Shown here: positions 39,901 to 55,000 of the stretch, in pieces
Numbering within the stretch: position 1 is the first letter of the stretch
Layout: the number at the start of each line of letters is the position of its first letter
Assembly: GCA_951406725.2 (NCBI GenBank)
Contig: OX597833.1
Location: forward strand, 11,036,001 to 11,100,000
Source: Octopus vulgaris
Taxonomy: Eukaryota
Length of the DNA: 64,000 nt
Reading direction: 5' to 3'
The notes under the pieces: model-generated
Seen by the model: only the letters and a program-made list of their open reading frames with translations
What the model was told of the DNA's origin: nothing
Databases searched by the model: none
Position numbers and translations under genes: made by a program

Positions 39901-40485
39901 GTTTAATATTTTTGACGGTTTTTTTCCAACGCATTTGTCTCACTGAACGATTTCATTTCACTTCAAATAATACATTTCTTCTCTCTAAAATGAATCAATA
40001 TTTTAAATTCTTATCAAAAACTTATTACCATTACCCTTTCGTTACTTAAAGCCACATAGCTGGTTTTGTAGCACATATTTTTTGACAAAGATTTCACCAT
40101 AAGATTCATTTCATAGAACTCTTTAACCGGCAAAGCGGAGAATGAAGCGGCTTGCAGCGGCTATAGATAATCTATTTAAGCGCTAACTAGAATAAAGTGA
40201 TCAATGAAATCAGATGATGCATTTCATAACTCTAAATATCTTAGAATGACAAAAATATTGTAATTTGTTTACACTGATTTCACGTATTTTGATCCAGTCT
40301 TTTATTTAATAGGCCAACCTTGATTTACTTTATCTTAAAATTTAGCTCAAGACTCGATCATTATTGCTAAAAAACCGCATTGAATTCGGCTGAGAAGTGA
40401 ATTAGTGATGAATCATGCAAATCTTTACGAGAATCAGTTTCATGTTCACAGCAAAAAGAATTTTCAAAAACTACATTTTTTTCCT

Positions 40486-40533
<48 letters not shown>

Positions 40534-40663
40534 TTCTTCCTTCTTTCCTTCCTTCCTTCCTTCCTTCCTTCCTTCCTACCCTCCTTCTTTCCTTTCTTTC
40601 TTTCTTTCTGTCATTCTTTCTTTATTCCCTTCTTTCTTTCTTTCTTTCTTTCTTTCTTTATTC

Positions 40664-40742
<79 letters not shown>

Positions 40743-41018
40743 TTCTTCCTTCTTTCCTTCCTTCCTTACTTCCTTCCTTCCTACCCTCCTTCTTTCCTTT
40801 CTTTCTTTCTTTCTGTCATTCTTTCTTTATTCCCTTCTTTCTTTCTTTCTTTCTTTCTTTCTTTATTCCTTTCTATCTTTCTTTCTTTCTTTCTTTTTTT
40901 CTTTCCTTCTTTCTTTCTTTCTTTCTTTCTTTTCTTCCTTCCATCCTTACTTCCTACCTCCCTCTTTCCTTTCTTTCTTTCGTTCTTCTTTTGTCTTTCT
41001 TTGTTTCTTTATTTCCTC

Positions 41019-41049
<31 letters not shown>

Positions 41050-41416
41050 TTCTTCCTTCCTTCCTTCCTTCCGTCCTACCTTCCTTCTTTCCTTCCTTTT
41101 TCGTTCTTTATTTCTTTATACCTTTGTTTGTTTGTTTGTTTGTTTCTTTCTTTATTTCTTTCGTTCTTTCTTTCTTTCTTTCTTTCTTTCCTTTCTTCCT
41201 TCCTTCCTTCCTTCCTTCCTTCCTTCCTTCCTTCCTTCCTTCCTTATTTCCTTCCTTCTTTCCTTCCTTCCTTCCTACATTCCGTCTTTCGTTCTTTCTT
41301 TCTTTCTTTCTTTCTTTTCTTCTTTTCTTCCTTCCTTCCTACCTTCCTTCTTTCCTTTCTTTCTTTCGTTCTTTCTTTCTTTATTCCTGTCTTTCTTTCT
41401 TTCTTTCTTTCTTTCT

Positions 41417-41448
<32 letters not shown>

Positions 41449-44347
41449 TCCTTCCTTGCTTCAATCCTACCTACCTTCCTTCTTTCCTTTCCTTCTTATG
41501 TTTTTTTTTTTTTCTTTCTTTCGTTCTTATCTCTTCAAATTCTCTATCAATTCCCCACCTAGCCTTCCTTCCATCTATCCTTCCTTCCTTCCATCCTTCT
41601 TTCCTTCCTTCCTTCCTTCCTTCCTTCCTTTTTCTTTCCTTTTTTCCTTCCTCCCATCACTCCCTCCCTTTCTTCCTTCCTTCTTTCCTTCCATCCTCCC
41701 ACCACTCATTCCTTCTTCCTTTACGTCCTTCCCTCCTTCCTTCCTTCCTTTCTTCCTTCCTTCCTTCCTTCCTCCCCTTCCTTCCTTCCTTCCTTCCTTC
41801 CTTCCTTCCCTCCTTCCTTCCTTCTTTCTTTCCTTCCTTCCTTCCTTCCTTCCTTCATTCCCTCCTTCCCTCCTTCCTTCCCTCCTTCCTTCCTTTCTTC
41901 CTTCCTTCTATCCATTCTCCCACCTCTTCCTTCCTTCCTTCCTTCCTTCCTTCCTTCTTCCTTCCTTCCTTCCTTCCTTCCTTCTTTCCTTCTTTCTTTC
42001 CTTCCTTCCTTCCTTCCTTCCTTCCTTCATTCCCTCCTTCCCTCCTTCCTTCCCTCTCACCCTTCCTTACTTCCTTCTTTCCTTCCTTCCTCCCACCTCT
42101 TCCTTCTTTCCTTCCTTCCTTCCTTCCTTCCATCCTTCCTTCCTTCCTTTCTTCCTCCCCTCCCTCCTTCCTTCCTTCCTTCCTTCCTTCCTTCCTTCCT
42201 TCCTTCCTTCCTTCCTTCCTTCCTTCCTTCCTTCCTTCCTTCCTTCCTTCCTTCCTTCCTTCCTTCCTCCTTCCTTCCTTCCTTCCTTCCTTCCTTCCTT
42301 CCTTCCTATCTTCTAATCATTGTCTCCCCAATTCATTAATTCCCAGCCAAGAAATTCTCTCCCACATGGTTCACCAATTATTTTCTTTAAAACTACATTG
42401 TTTCCTTCGCAATTTCACAGGACCCGGTCCTGGATCACTGTATACCCGGTGGGGTAGAACAAAATGTCCACGTAATTCCAGTCTGGTATATGATGGTTAG
42501 TATATTCTGTTTCTAATCTCTCACTCTATTTCTTTCTTTCTTTCTCTCTCACTCTTTCTCTTCCTCTCTCTCTCTCCGTCCTTCTTTCTGACCTACACAA
42601 ACGTTTGTCCTATTATAGTATATCACGTTTTAAACGGCGATTATAGATTCTCCTGAGATTACACAAAACTACTTTCTCCGTTGAATTTATTTGGTCATAG
42701 CCGAAGTATAAATGGCGTCAAGAATGATCATACGAACAGGATATCATCGAAATTACCCCCATGAACCCAAACCACAGAATATAGTTACCTAAGGACTGTA
42801 TTCATTAACTACGCACTATTCCACCACTTAATCACGCTAGTGCCCCATGGTAAGGCAATTCTGAGCTTTCCACTCAGAAGACACTATTTTCCACCACTTC
42901 CCCATCAACTTTTCTTTCTTTCTATAAACGAGATTTGTTTTTGCTTGAAATGAGACGGAACAGATTTACCTGTCTATACCCGAACCCTTAACGGTTTCCT
43001 TAAAGTTTTCCCCATTCAGCCTAAACTGAACCTTACAATCCTTTCTCCACTCACTTTCCTTAAGACGTAAATTAACCCCAGTGATGCAGCAAATAAAGCC
43101 AACGTGACCATAACGTGTATCTTCACGTGACCTGTTCACGACTAGCCGAGAGTTTTAGCTACGCTGTGCAGGATGTTCTGTTAAATAACTTTTAACTACC
43201 CATCGACTGTCAATACTCTGCACCTCACCGTGATCTTCTCATTTTATATTGGTTAAAAATTCCTTGCATCGTTCTTCTATTTTATCTCCGTTAAAATTTG
43301 AACAAAATCGTCTTTTCCATTTTAGAGGAAATGCGTGACGTAACGGCCTTCCCTTCACACTCTTTTGACATCTGCACACAACCATCTACAGCCATGTATC
43401 TAGACATATTCATAAATATTACCTACACAAACCCGTTGGCGTACACCTACAACATATATACATATAAATCATAGACACGTACAGTTCTTAACTCATACAC
43501 AAACATTCATTCAGCAACACAGCTTACACTCGCATCGATAGTAGTTTGTATACACAAAACCTACACACGTAAACATAGTGAATGTTCAAACACATAGACA
43601 CACGCACACGCGTGCACACATAGACAGAAAGACACACACACATTCTTATACACACACAGACATATAAACTCAATCACACACTCACACACACACTTATACA
43701 CAAAGACACACACACATACGTGTGTCTATTTATAATCGCCAATTTTCAAATTGAAAGTTTCTTTTGAAGGATTTGTTTTAATCCACGTTTTTCTCATTTC
43801 ACTTTACTTAATATTTTATTTATTTGTTATATTCTTACCAATTCTAGGTGTGGTTGGTGGATCACCTTTTAACGAAACAGGCGGCGGAAGTAATCTCTTA
43901 TGTCTACCTAACGACCCCATTTGGGCAAATTACACTGGAGAAGCTACATACTGGAGTCACATGTATGGCAGTGAATATGAAACACGAAATTCCTATGCGA
44001 AAAAATACTTTTCTTTTGCTAACGCTGAATCACTTTTTGATCACAACGTTCCGTGCGCTGTCTGTTTGACACGACAACCTGCTGTTGTTATGATGTTACC
44101 AGCCAGGACAAAGTGTTACGATGGTTGGACAGCTGAGTATTCAGGATATTTGATGTCCAGTTATCACGGACATAAGGGCAGACATGAATATGTGTGTGTG
44201 GACTATGCACCAGAAGCTGATCCAGCAGGTTACAGAGACGAAGGTGGAGCTTTATTATATTTTGTGAAGGGAATTTGTGGTTCATTGCCATGTCCACCGT
44301 ATGTCTATGGTCGCGAATTAACCTGCGTTGTGTGCAGTAAATATTGA
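34849..44347 (+). CDS. Copy D, intact short-chain collagen C4-like protein, 256 aa; exons 34849-34992, 38593-38644, 42421-42495, 43848-44347
   Basis: Canonical splice sites, 144+52+75+500 nt open frame and 10 conserved Cys. It has a single exon 2/3 module with the long intron 2. Confidence 0.9.
40478..42305 (+). repeat. About 1.8-kb (TTTC)n/(TTCC)n polypyrimidine microsatellite in copy D intron 2 (shorter versions about 9725-10292, 12945-13350, 25690-26145, 28460-28800, 54512-54800)
   Basis: Directly visible; source of the spurious S/F/L/P-rich ORFs. Confidence 0.97.
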
Positions 44348-46084
44348 AGGGAATATAGTTGAATTTGCTTCTCTACTAATACTTTTCTTTATCAAGTACA
44401 AGACATAATATAATATCATAAAACAATATAGACATTTTAAATTCTGTTTGATAATATTTTATCGAAGTTATATAAATCGTTAAAATACTCTGCGCTACTA
44501 GTTAACAGAATAATATTATAATGGAGAGAAAATCGGCGCCAGAGAATGTGAGAATTATGCTTATAGAACAATGCAAAGCTGAGTGAATAATTCTAGATAA
44601 ACATTGTATAAGGATCAGTTCATAAAACTAAAATGTGGAAATAAAATTGTATTTCGTTTAACTGTATTTTGTGTTCTGTCTTAAATATCAATAAACCCCA
44701 CTTGAAGTAATATCATAGAAATATATGATGGTTCCATCATTTTTGAGAGGAATGTAAGTAGTAATCCTCTCACCACCTATTTTGTTTTACCTGTATCTAT
44801 ACAAACTCGTGACCCCGCCACAAGATTAGTTGACATCCTCATAACCGGGACACGTAACCCTCACATCTTGCACAATTTCCTAAACACTGATGCACAACAA
44901 TCAGGAATGGAATCACCTGGGAGTATCGAATACGAATTATTCTCTCACTGAAAAGCAGAAAAATGGTAAATTGGAGCAAAGATTTGCTTTACAACACTTA
45001 CCACATACATAGAAAGCAGAGTAAAGACAGCAAAAGGACGTAGAAACATAATGAGGCTAAGCAAAGTTACTCTGTGTAAACTGTGTGATATGTTGAGACT
45101 GTTACACCACATCCGATAAGAAACATCACTATGTGTTAGTGTAGAATATTCCTTAGATGAAAGAGAAGAAGTTGGATATTTGGGAGACACAACGTCTTTC
45201 ATGCAAGTAATTGAGTGCCATAAGCTTGCCATTAAGAAAATGCATGTATTTAGACATCTATAATATGAATCAACTTTAAAGGTATACAAGTGTGTGTACC
45301 TAACCCAATAAGCCTTTTGGAAAATCAGACCGGCAGTGACTATACCGGCAAAGCAATCAAGAATTGAATCTGGTTTTCATGGGACACCCTGCAGGACGAT
45401 AAAATATCCTGTCAAAGGAGAAGTCAATTAAGCCGAGTCATCGTTCATTGAACAAATTGGGGCGAGAGATTCTTGACCGATATTGTTGTTAGAATGTCTT
45501 TCAAGGAGAGGTTAATGTCGTATATAAAACCCTGCTGTGATATTGGGTTCCTGGTTGCTTCCACTTCGTTTGTGCCACTGGTGTTGGTACAGCAGAACTT
45601 TTTATCCTCTCAAAACAAATTTAAGCCTAGGATCATCTTGGATTCTTGGAACGGTACATGGTGGATCAAAATGGCCAACGGCAATGGAAAAGTAATGAAT
45701 GATACAAACTTTAAAAGCTGGGAAGTTGTAAATATTTTAATCCATGTACGGATTTGGTTGCGTCACCTTATGGGATAATATTTGATAATAAAGGCATTCA
45801 GTGACTGGGCGGCACATTTCAGTCAGTGAAATCACTGCTCACCTTCTAGCGGATGGGTCCGAGAAAAGGTGGTTTAAAGAAGGTTTACCACTACCAAACA
45901 AGCCAGGAGTTCGAGGGTGTTTACTGTTCACTCATCCGGGTGTAATACACCCATCCGACTAACATCATTGTCTGTCATGGGTGAGTCCTGAACAGCCCCA
46001 TGTAACCAAAGGTGGAACAACTGATTATAGTAAATAGGAACTGAGAGACAGTTGGCGGTGTTAGTTCAACAATCGTTTATGGAA

Positions 46085-46875
46085 CGAGTAGCGCAGAGTG
46101 CGTTTTGTGTTAACATATATTTCTGCGATAGGTTACTTTTAGATAGTCACAACCAAACAATTTATTTGTTTAATACCATTATACACCAGACGTGTGTAAC
46201 TAAGTCATAACATTTTCAGCGACGAAGTTATTCGAAGCTCATACCGGACCGATTTGTCTCTTCACATGAGAGCTTTACTAGCCTCGGTAATTTAATTACA
46301 TCAACAAAACCAGCAAAAGCAATAAAGATAAAGACAACAGCCGTTGGAATTACAGAAACAGCAAAAACAGCAATAAAAACAGCAACAACAACAGTTGTTG
46401 GAATTTGAGAAGTAACATCAATTGTTAGTACAACTGATACAGAAGAAATGAGAAAATTCATCTGATTCGTTCATCCCTGTCCCTGTCGCAAAACTTGATT
46501 GGAGGGTTCGCACATAAGCCAGAGGAAGGTACAACCTTCCCTGCTTACTTTAGAAGATATGAGAACATTTTTACAGAAGAATGCTGTACCTGGCAGGACG
46601 AGAAATCACTGGACATTTGTTGAGAAAGTTGGCACCAGCCGAGTATGAGAAATATTGAAATTATATATTATGAAAGAAACTGAGTGAAATCTGTTTTGAA
46701 GAAACGGTGAATATTCTATCAAAGATTTTCAACCAAAAATGCTTAATAGCGAATGCGAAAGATTTAAAATTAATGAATCAATATCAGATATGTTTAAATG
46801 CTTAATTTATTTTCTTTCAAGGTTTAAGAGCAAAGAAAGATGCGGGAATTCGAAACAGAATATTGACTAAATTAG
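46085..46875 (+). mobile_element. Degenerate Gypsy-type LTR retrotransposon remnant (LTR end, PBS-like site, gag)
   Basis: ...CATAACA|TTTTCAGCGACGAAG junction at 46212. Broken frames read EGTTFPAYFRRYENIFTEEC...LLRKLAPAEYEKY...FEETVNILSKIF and QGLRAKKDAGIRNRILTKL, resembling K02A2.6-like gag. Confidence 0.65.
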
Positions 46876-47057
46876 TGCAGGATGAGAAGCAAACACGACA
46901 AGAAATATCTGAGGAATAGCAGAGAATGATGAACCTATTGCACGATATGGAAGAAACTGAAGGAAGGAACTGCTCCCATACACAGTGGATATACAATTTA
47001 CATTGGATAGGGTACTTTGGTGTGTATATGTCTGAATAAATGCAACTGCATAAGTAT

Positions 47058-47089
<32 letters not shown>

Positions 47090-47186
47090 GTATGTATAAA
47101 TATATACAAACATACATACATACATACATACATATATACATATATACATATATACATACATACATACATATATATATATACATATA

Positions 47187-47233
47187 TCAGGTCATCCCAT
47201 GAATTCTGTCCGAATTTTGAATGTATTTGGATA

Positions 47234-47289
<56 letters not shown>

Positions 47290-47530
47290 GACTCCGCCGG
47301 TTACGACGACGAGGGTCCCAGCTGATACGATCAACGGAACAGCTTGCTCGTGAAATTAACGTGCAAATGGCTGAGCATTCCACAGACACGTGTACCCTTA
47401 ACGCAGTTCTCGGGGATAATCAGCGTGACACAGAGAGTGACAAGGCTGACCCTTTGAAATACAAGTACAACTCATTTTTGCCAGCTGAGTGGACTGGAGC
47501 AACGTGAAATAAAGTGTCTTGCTCAAGGAC

Positions 47531-47578
<48 letters not shown>

Positions 47579-48213
47579 CGTATACATATATATATAAATG
47601 CCAGAATGGGGTCGCCAGAATGGAGAGAAGAGCAGATGTCAACTGGGCATTTGCGGTTGCTTTTGGACAATTCATGAGGAAACCCATATTCCAACTTTCG
47701 GATCCATTCCATGTTGTTGAAGATGACGATGAACAGTTGTCTGACATGAACTAAGCTTTATTGCCAATTCTTCAACTGATAATGCAGGATTTTCTTCAGG
47801 TAAGGCCTCATGGGAATTACCACTAAACTCACCTGGACGTCGTGTTCTATCTTCATTTTCTAGGCAGAAATTTCCACTTCTGAAATTTGCAAACCATCTT
47901 CTGAAAGTTCTTTCATTCAAGCATTCTTTCCCATAAACCGAGTGTATGTTTCGAGTCGCTTCGTCTGCAGAGTTTTCTTTTTTTTTTTTTGTACTCATAA
48001 AGAATTAGGTGCTTCAGATGTTCTGTGGATACTTCCATGTTAGAAAGGGTTTTAATCAAAGAAATTTTACTTCTATTATTCTGCAAAATAATATTTATTT
48101 AGTAAATATACAAATGCATAAATACCATTTTTAATTCCATTAGACATTCTAAAATATTAAATTTCATTCGATTTAAAAGAGAAAAATCGGACAGAACTTA
48201 TGGGATGACCTGA
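47187..48213 (-). mobile_element. Internally deleted mariner (Tc1/mariner) element with both TIRs and N-terminal transposase remnant
   Basis: TA|TCAGGTCATCCCATGAATTCTGTCCG ... CGGACAGAACTTATGGGATGACCTGA|TA. Minus-strand ATG at 48038, then EATRNIHSVYGKECLNERTFRRWFANFRSGNFCLENEDR (mariner HTH region) and a frameshifted WV/PHEL linker. No catalytic domain. Confidence 0.9.
47286..47533 (-). mobile_element. 5'-truncated SINE nested in the mariner between TA runs
   Basis: Reverse complement TGTGTCCTTGAGCAAGACACTTTATTTCACGTTGCTCCAGTCCACTCAGCTG shares the central domain of the 20165 SINE but has a different 3' part. Confidence 0.75.
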
Positions 48214-49660
48214 TACACACACACACGGACACACACAGAAACATATACACACACACACAGATACACACAGACACACACAGACACACACAGACAAACACAC
48301 AGACACACACACTGACACACAAATCACACACACTCACACCCATATATATGTACGTAAACTACATCCGGGAGTGGCAAACCAGGGTACCAAAGTTACTGTG
48401 ATTTGAGGGATGTGGAAGCACATCTTACCCCTGGTGTTCCCTGATGTAACCTGACCCAGGGTAGTAGCACATATAAGGGTCCCAGCTAGGTTCCTAGTCT
48501 AGGAAAAGAAATCCTCGATATAAAACCACTGTAGCGCTGGATCTGTCGTGCAGACCTTGATTATATCTGATGTACCCGGTAGCACGCTGCATCCACCCCA
48601 AACAAATCTAGTTTATCCCCAATCCCTATTGTGCTACTGTTGAGGGCAGGTGGCTACGTGCGGGAGCGCTGTAACCTCTGGATCTGGTCCACTCGAAATA
48701 AAATCATCTTTCAGTCAGTGTCGCTCGCTACAGATTAGTCATTCGGGTACAAGTCAATACCGACGACGACTCATATACAGTGAGGCCCCCACCCGGCTGT
48801 TTTCGGCGTCCTGCATGTTGGAATAGCTACTTTCTAACGAATTCTGGAATTATATGATACTATACGAACACACACACATAAACACACACACTTAAACAAC
48901 ACGCATACACAGACACACACTCACACACACACACACACACACACGCGAACGCGCTAGCACACACACATTCATACACACACACGTTAGCACACACACAAAC
49001 ACACACAGAGGCGCCCGCGCGCGCAAGCACACAGACACACACACGCAGAGAAGACATTTTGACAATCATAAATTTGTCGTCAGCAGAAATAAGATTCAGT
49101 GTAAATAAAATGGAATAATCTTTAACATCATGTTTGTTATGAACTAAGCAATAAAAACACTAGACTGCATTAAATAAAGCTTTGCAGTTACAGTCTGTAC
49201 AGATGTTGAACGGACAATGTAGTCCCCTACATGAATATTACAGCAGTTTCGCAAAAATAAAGAAGTAAACATTAAGAAATAAATAAATAAGAATTCTCCA
49301 ACAAATAGGCATTTGTTTTCAGTTTACAAATTTGTGCTGAAGTCAGTAAAATATTCTGCTGACTGTTCTGTGTTAATCGTGGATCATCTCCATCCAATCA
49401 CAAAAGGTGTCATTTAAAAGGTGACACCCACAATTATTGTAATATCAATCTGATTGGTTCCTGAATTTACGATTAGATTTTCGGCAGGGTTGGGTTGTGG
49501 AGGGTGAAAAATATCAAAAAGCCGGAATCAGACGTCAACAATTTTCAGTTACGATCCCAAAGCGAGAAGCTCACACTTATAAACGCCAGCTTACATCAAC
49601 TTCAGATTTATCATTAAACCAATACGAAATAACAGGCTGCACGGACGACCGAAAACCGCA

Positions 49661-49904
49661 ATGGAAATCGCTAAGGTGGGGCGGATCATTTCACAGCGGT
49701 TTTCCGTTTCTTCTTTCATAACTTTTGGACTGTTTCTCGTGTTGACCATCACGATTCTTCATTTCGATGCAAGGACCAGAGAGATAGAAGAGAAATCAAC
49801 CGCAGTAAGTACAGGACACCTGAAGTTTCTATATTTTAGATGAAAGAAATGTATATGTTTATCAATACATCCATCCATAGACAGACGTATATATATATAT
49901 GTAT

Positions 49905-49950
<46 letters not shown>

Positions 49951-49984
49951 TTGTGTGTGTGTGAGTATGTGTGTTCTATGTATA

Positions 49985-50030
<46 letters not shown>

Positions 50031-50637
50031 CGCATTCATTCAGCTTCCATTTAGGACAGAAGCTTCTTACCGTGCAGCCAGGCCTGCACCTACAGAAATC
50101 GTTCCCATGCCGGTAATCGAACACTGACCAACTGAACGATAGCTAGGAATTATATGTGTGTACATATGACATATACACACACAATTGTTATATGTTTCGG
50201 CCAGTATAGGCCCAGGCTATGTATAACTTAGTAGCACCAACTGGTGAAGCAGTTTAGAATCTTGTTCCCATCTCAGTCATAAGACTTTTTAATGTTGGAG
50301 ATATATCCGGGTGTTGGAGGTTGGTTGAAGAGTTTTTTGGGGAAAATTTGTCCTTAGAAATTTTGAATTTTATGGAATCTGTTTTCGCTTTAACGTATTC
50401 TGCTATAATATTAAAGAGAGCTGGACCGGTTGAGCTAAAGTAGTCGTGTCATATACACATATACATACATATATACATATATGTATAGATATATATATAC
50501 ATATATACATATAAATATATACATAAATATATATTTATATATATATATATATATAAATATATTATATATATGCATATATATATATATAAATATATTATAT
50601 ATATGTATATATATATATAAATATATTATATATATGC

Positions 50638-50672
<35 letters not shown>

Positions 50673-51183
50673 ATTTGCATATATATATAAATATATATAT
50701 ATATATGTATATATATATATTTATATATATCTGTATACATACATACATACATACATATATATATATATAGGCGCAGGAGTGGCTGTGTGGTAAGTAGCTT
50801 GCTAACCAACCACATGGTTGCGGGTTCAGTCCCACTGCGTGGCATCTTGGGCAAGTGCCTTCTGCTATAGCCCCGGGCCGACCAATGCCTTGTGAGTGGA
50901 TTTGGTAGACGGAAACTGAAAGAAGCCTGTCGTATATATGTATATATATATATATGTGTGTGTGTTTGTGTGTCTGTGTTTGTCCCCCCCCAACATCGCT
51001 TGACAACCGATGCTGGTGTGTTTACGTCCCCGTCACTTAGCGGTTCGGCAAAAGAAACCGATAGAATAAGTACTGGGCTTACAAAGAATAAGTCCCGGGG
51101 TCGATTTGCTCGACTAAAGGCGGTGCTCCAGCATGGCCGCAGTCAAATGACTGAAACAAGTAAAAGAGTAAAAGAGTAATGAG

Positions 51184-51235
<52 letters not shown>

Positions 51236-51481
51236 GTATATATACATACATACGCATACACACAACTATATATAAAATTACATCTTGTATATATATCTAC
51301 TAACATATTAATGGATGGACGATTTTTAATGTGTTTAGAGAGATCGATAGAGAGAACTATCGATCGTTTGATAAATAGATATATTGGTAGATAGGTGGAC
51401 AGCCTGACTGAGTGTTTGATAGATAGATAGATAGATATATAGATATATTGGTAGATATGTAGACAGACTGATTGAGAGTTT

Positions 51482-51527
<46 letters not shown>

Positions 51528-52029
51528 CGTAGAAAGATCGATTGATTTGATAGTTTCATTCACGTTATATATTTTGCTTCGAAATTTTGGCTCGTGGTCA
51601 TAAATTTCAGGAAGTTGTAGTTCGATTCCTTACAGGCCAGTGATGAACAGGTTCTGAATTCATGGACCTCGAAAGGATAAAGACAAGGCGCGACTACGCG
51701 GAATTTGATCATTATCTTGAAATATTCAGTATTGTAGATGACAATTATAAAAGCCCCCAGAAAGGTTGTGCGAAAGATAGTGTTGCAAAATAGAAAGCAA
51801 TGAATTTGTCAATTACTATACGTAGCAAAGACATAGGATTCGAAAAATGTAAGTTAGTTTACAAGTCAATAATGAATTGTGTTCCATGTTGTAAGATAGA
51901 GATTGACATTTCTTGCTGAAATATTTTACATAGAAAGGCCTTATATATGTACGTCTGCCGCTTTCGTGTGCACACATAAATGAACATGTATGAAGGTATC
52001 ACTTCATGTGTATATTCGAATGTGCTTAT

Positions 52030-52061
<32 letters not shown>

Positions 52062-55000
52062 ACACACATGCGCACAGACACACACACAAACAGACACACA
52101 CACACACACACACACGCACAAACGCACACACACACACACACAGACACGCACACACACACACAAACAACACACACACACACACACACAAACAGACACACAC
52201 GCATACAAATAGACACACGCACACACACACTCAAACAGACACACACGCACACGGATATTTGCGTGTGTGTGTATTTATTTCTGGATGTATTTTTTCCTCT
52301 CTAGATTCAGCTCAGAGCTGCGTTCATGATGATGCACCATACATACATACATACATACAGACATACATACATACATACATAAACATATACATAAATACAC
52401 ATATACATACATACACATATACATACATACATACATACATAATTACATACATTCATGCATACATACATACATAAATACATACATTCACGTATACATACAT
52501 ACATACATACATACATACATACATACATACATACATACATACATACATACATTCATGCATACATATATAGATGTACCCATACAGACACACAGACACAATG
52601 ACACACGCATACACACACAGAGACGCACAGAAATATAGATACATACACTATGGTCTGTTTCTTCGGATGACGTTTTCGTGCTTAATTGCCGAAGAATTCC
52701 TGGGATGATTTGTTTCCAGAGTTCCCTCCGTCAAATTAATGAACAGGTCCAGAAATGTGCCATACGATCAGTTGTCGATATATTTGCAGTGCAATGTAAA
52801 TAGTTTTGCTCAAGAACACAATGCCCCACCTTCTGCTTGAATCGAACGTACAACCCTTTGTTCGTGAGTTTAAACCTGAAGCACTAAACCTCGTTGAAAT
52901 ATTTTAGCGTATATAAATATATGCATCTATCCCTATAAGGAAGACTTACATAAACGAACAAACACGCATTCACATGCGGAAAGATACACACAAACGCATA
53001 TATATCGGATTGTTGGACCGCGGAATTCCGGACAGATCTCTTTCCGTGAAAATAAATATCTTTTCCATTGAAAGAAAAATAAAAGTCTCCAAAACCGTGT
53101 ATCTCTCACTATACGTCAACATGCACGAAGAATGTAGCAAATACATTTGGGAAAACGGTTGTTCCAGTTTGTAAATCTACAAGTAGAAGGGTAGATATCC
53201 CAGTATTCATTGATTTCGCTTTCTGTGTCGAATTGGCACCCAAAGCTCATCAGCAAGTCTTACTACGTAAACTATTTTTAAAAATGTATTTAACTTTCCG
53301 TGCTCGTTTGTTCAGCTGAAGGCACCGTCACATCCGAACGAACATTAGCGAGCAAGTATAAATTCTAATATTCAAATAAGTTATCATTATCTTTAAAAAA
53401 TAATGATAAAATGGCCAACGAACATAATCCAAATATGAAAATATATATGAAAAGTCAGTGTACAGTAAGTAACTATATACTTGAAAGAAGAATGAAATTC
53501 CAAAACCACGTATCTCTCAATATATATAAACACGCACGAAGAATGGTGCAAATACATTCTGAATTTTCAATTTATGTTTTTGTTTGTTCGCCACATTTCG
53601 TCTGGAAATCGCGGGGCCTTCAACTGAATAATGGTACACAGAAAGGTAAATATATTTTTAAAAGTAGGTTACGTAGAAAGCGAAATGAATTGATGCTGGG
53701 ATACCTACCCACCTGTTTGTAGATTTACAAACTGGAAGATTAGTTTTTCTAAATGCATTTGCAACATTCTCCGTGCGTGTTTTCGTTCGTTAGGCTTAAT
53801 TAACTCTCATTGTGATGGGTTATCTTTTGCCATATAAAAGCATGAAATAAAGGAGTACCCGATGCACAGAGGAGATAAGAAAGCGGTAAGCCACCAGGAT
53901 GTAACACAACGATGAAAATTTGGTGGAATTAACCATGAAGTTGTCTCACACATCTTCAAAAGAAGCTGTCCAAAAGTGCCATTATTGTATTGCTTAGCTT
54001 TAAATTCTAAACATTGATGAATGTTCTGAAAATCTATTTCTATGATGTTATTTCATTTTTTCACAGAACCGTTTCCTTTTCAAGAAATCTCTGGATGACA
54101 AAGCTGTTCACACGCCAAGTAAGAACTAATTTTATAACGTGAAAGATAAAAACGTAAAAAACGTTGCTCAGTAATTCTGCGAGTCTGGTGGTTCTAGAGA
54201 AATCATGCACCTGTCTTTGAGGGCCATTCCAGAGGGAAGCAATTGTTATTAAGATTTTCTAGCCTTTTATTTAACTTTTGATCAAACCTTTTATTTGATG
54301 CTCCAACCTTTAATTAATTTATCTCAAAAAATTTAGCTCAAGACTCGATCATCATTGCTAAAAAACCGCATTGAATTCGGCTGAGAAGTGAATTAGTGAT
54401 GAATCATGCAAATCTTTACCAGTAACTAAAAGTATACATTCACCCCCAGGCGTGGGGGACTATTTCTCGGGATCAGCTTTACGTTCAGAGGAAAAAGAAT
54501 TTTCAAACTCTTTGTTTGTTTGTTTGTTTGTTTCTTAATTTTTTTCTCTCATTCTTTCTTTCTTCCTTTCTTTCTTTCATTCATTCTTTCTTTCTTTTTT
54601 CTTTCTTCCTTCTTTTCTTTCTTTTCTTCTTTCTTTCTTTCTTTCATTCTTTCTTTCTTAACTTTTTAAATCCTCTATCAAGTTCCCATCTACTCTTCCT
54701 TCCTTCCTTCCTTCCTTCCTTCCTTCCTTCCTTCCTTTCTTCCTTCCTGTCTTCCTTCCTTCCTTCCTTCCTTCCTTCCTTCCTTCCTTTCTTTCTTCTA
54801 ATCATTGTCTCCCCAATTTATTAATTCCCAGCCAAGATATTCTCTCCCACATGGTTCACCAATTATTTTCTTTTAAACTACATTGTTTCCTTCGCAATTT
54901 CGCAGGACCCGGTCCTGGATCCCTGTATACCCGGTGGGGTAGAACAAAATGTCCACGTAATTCAAGTCTGGTATACGATGGTTAGTATATTTTGTTTCTA

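Noticed and set aside
40405-42500. Long ORFs of 385-633 aa rich in S/F/L/P
   Set aside because: Translations of TTTC/TTCC microsatellite, which lacks stop codons. Only the last 75 bp (exon 3) is real coding sequence.
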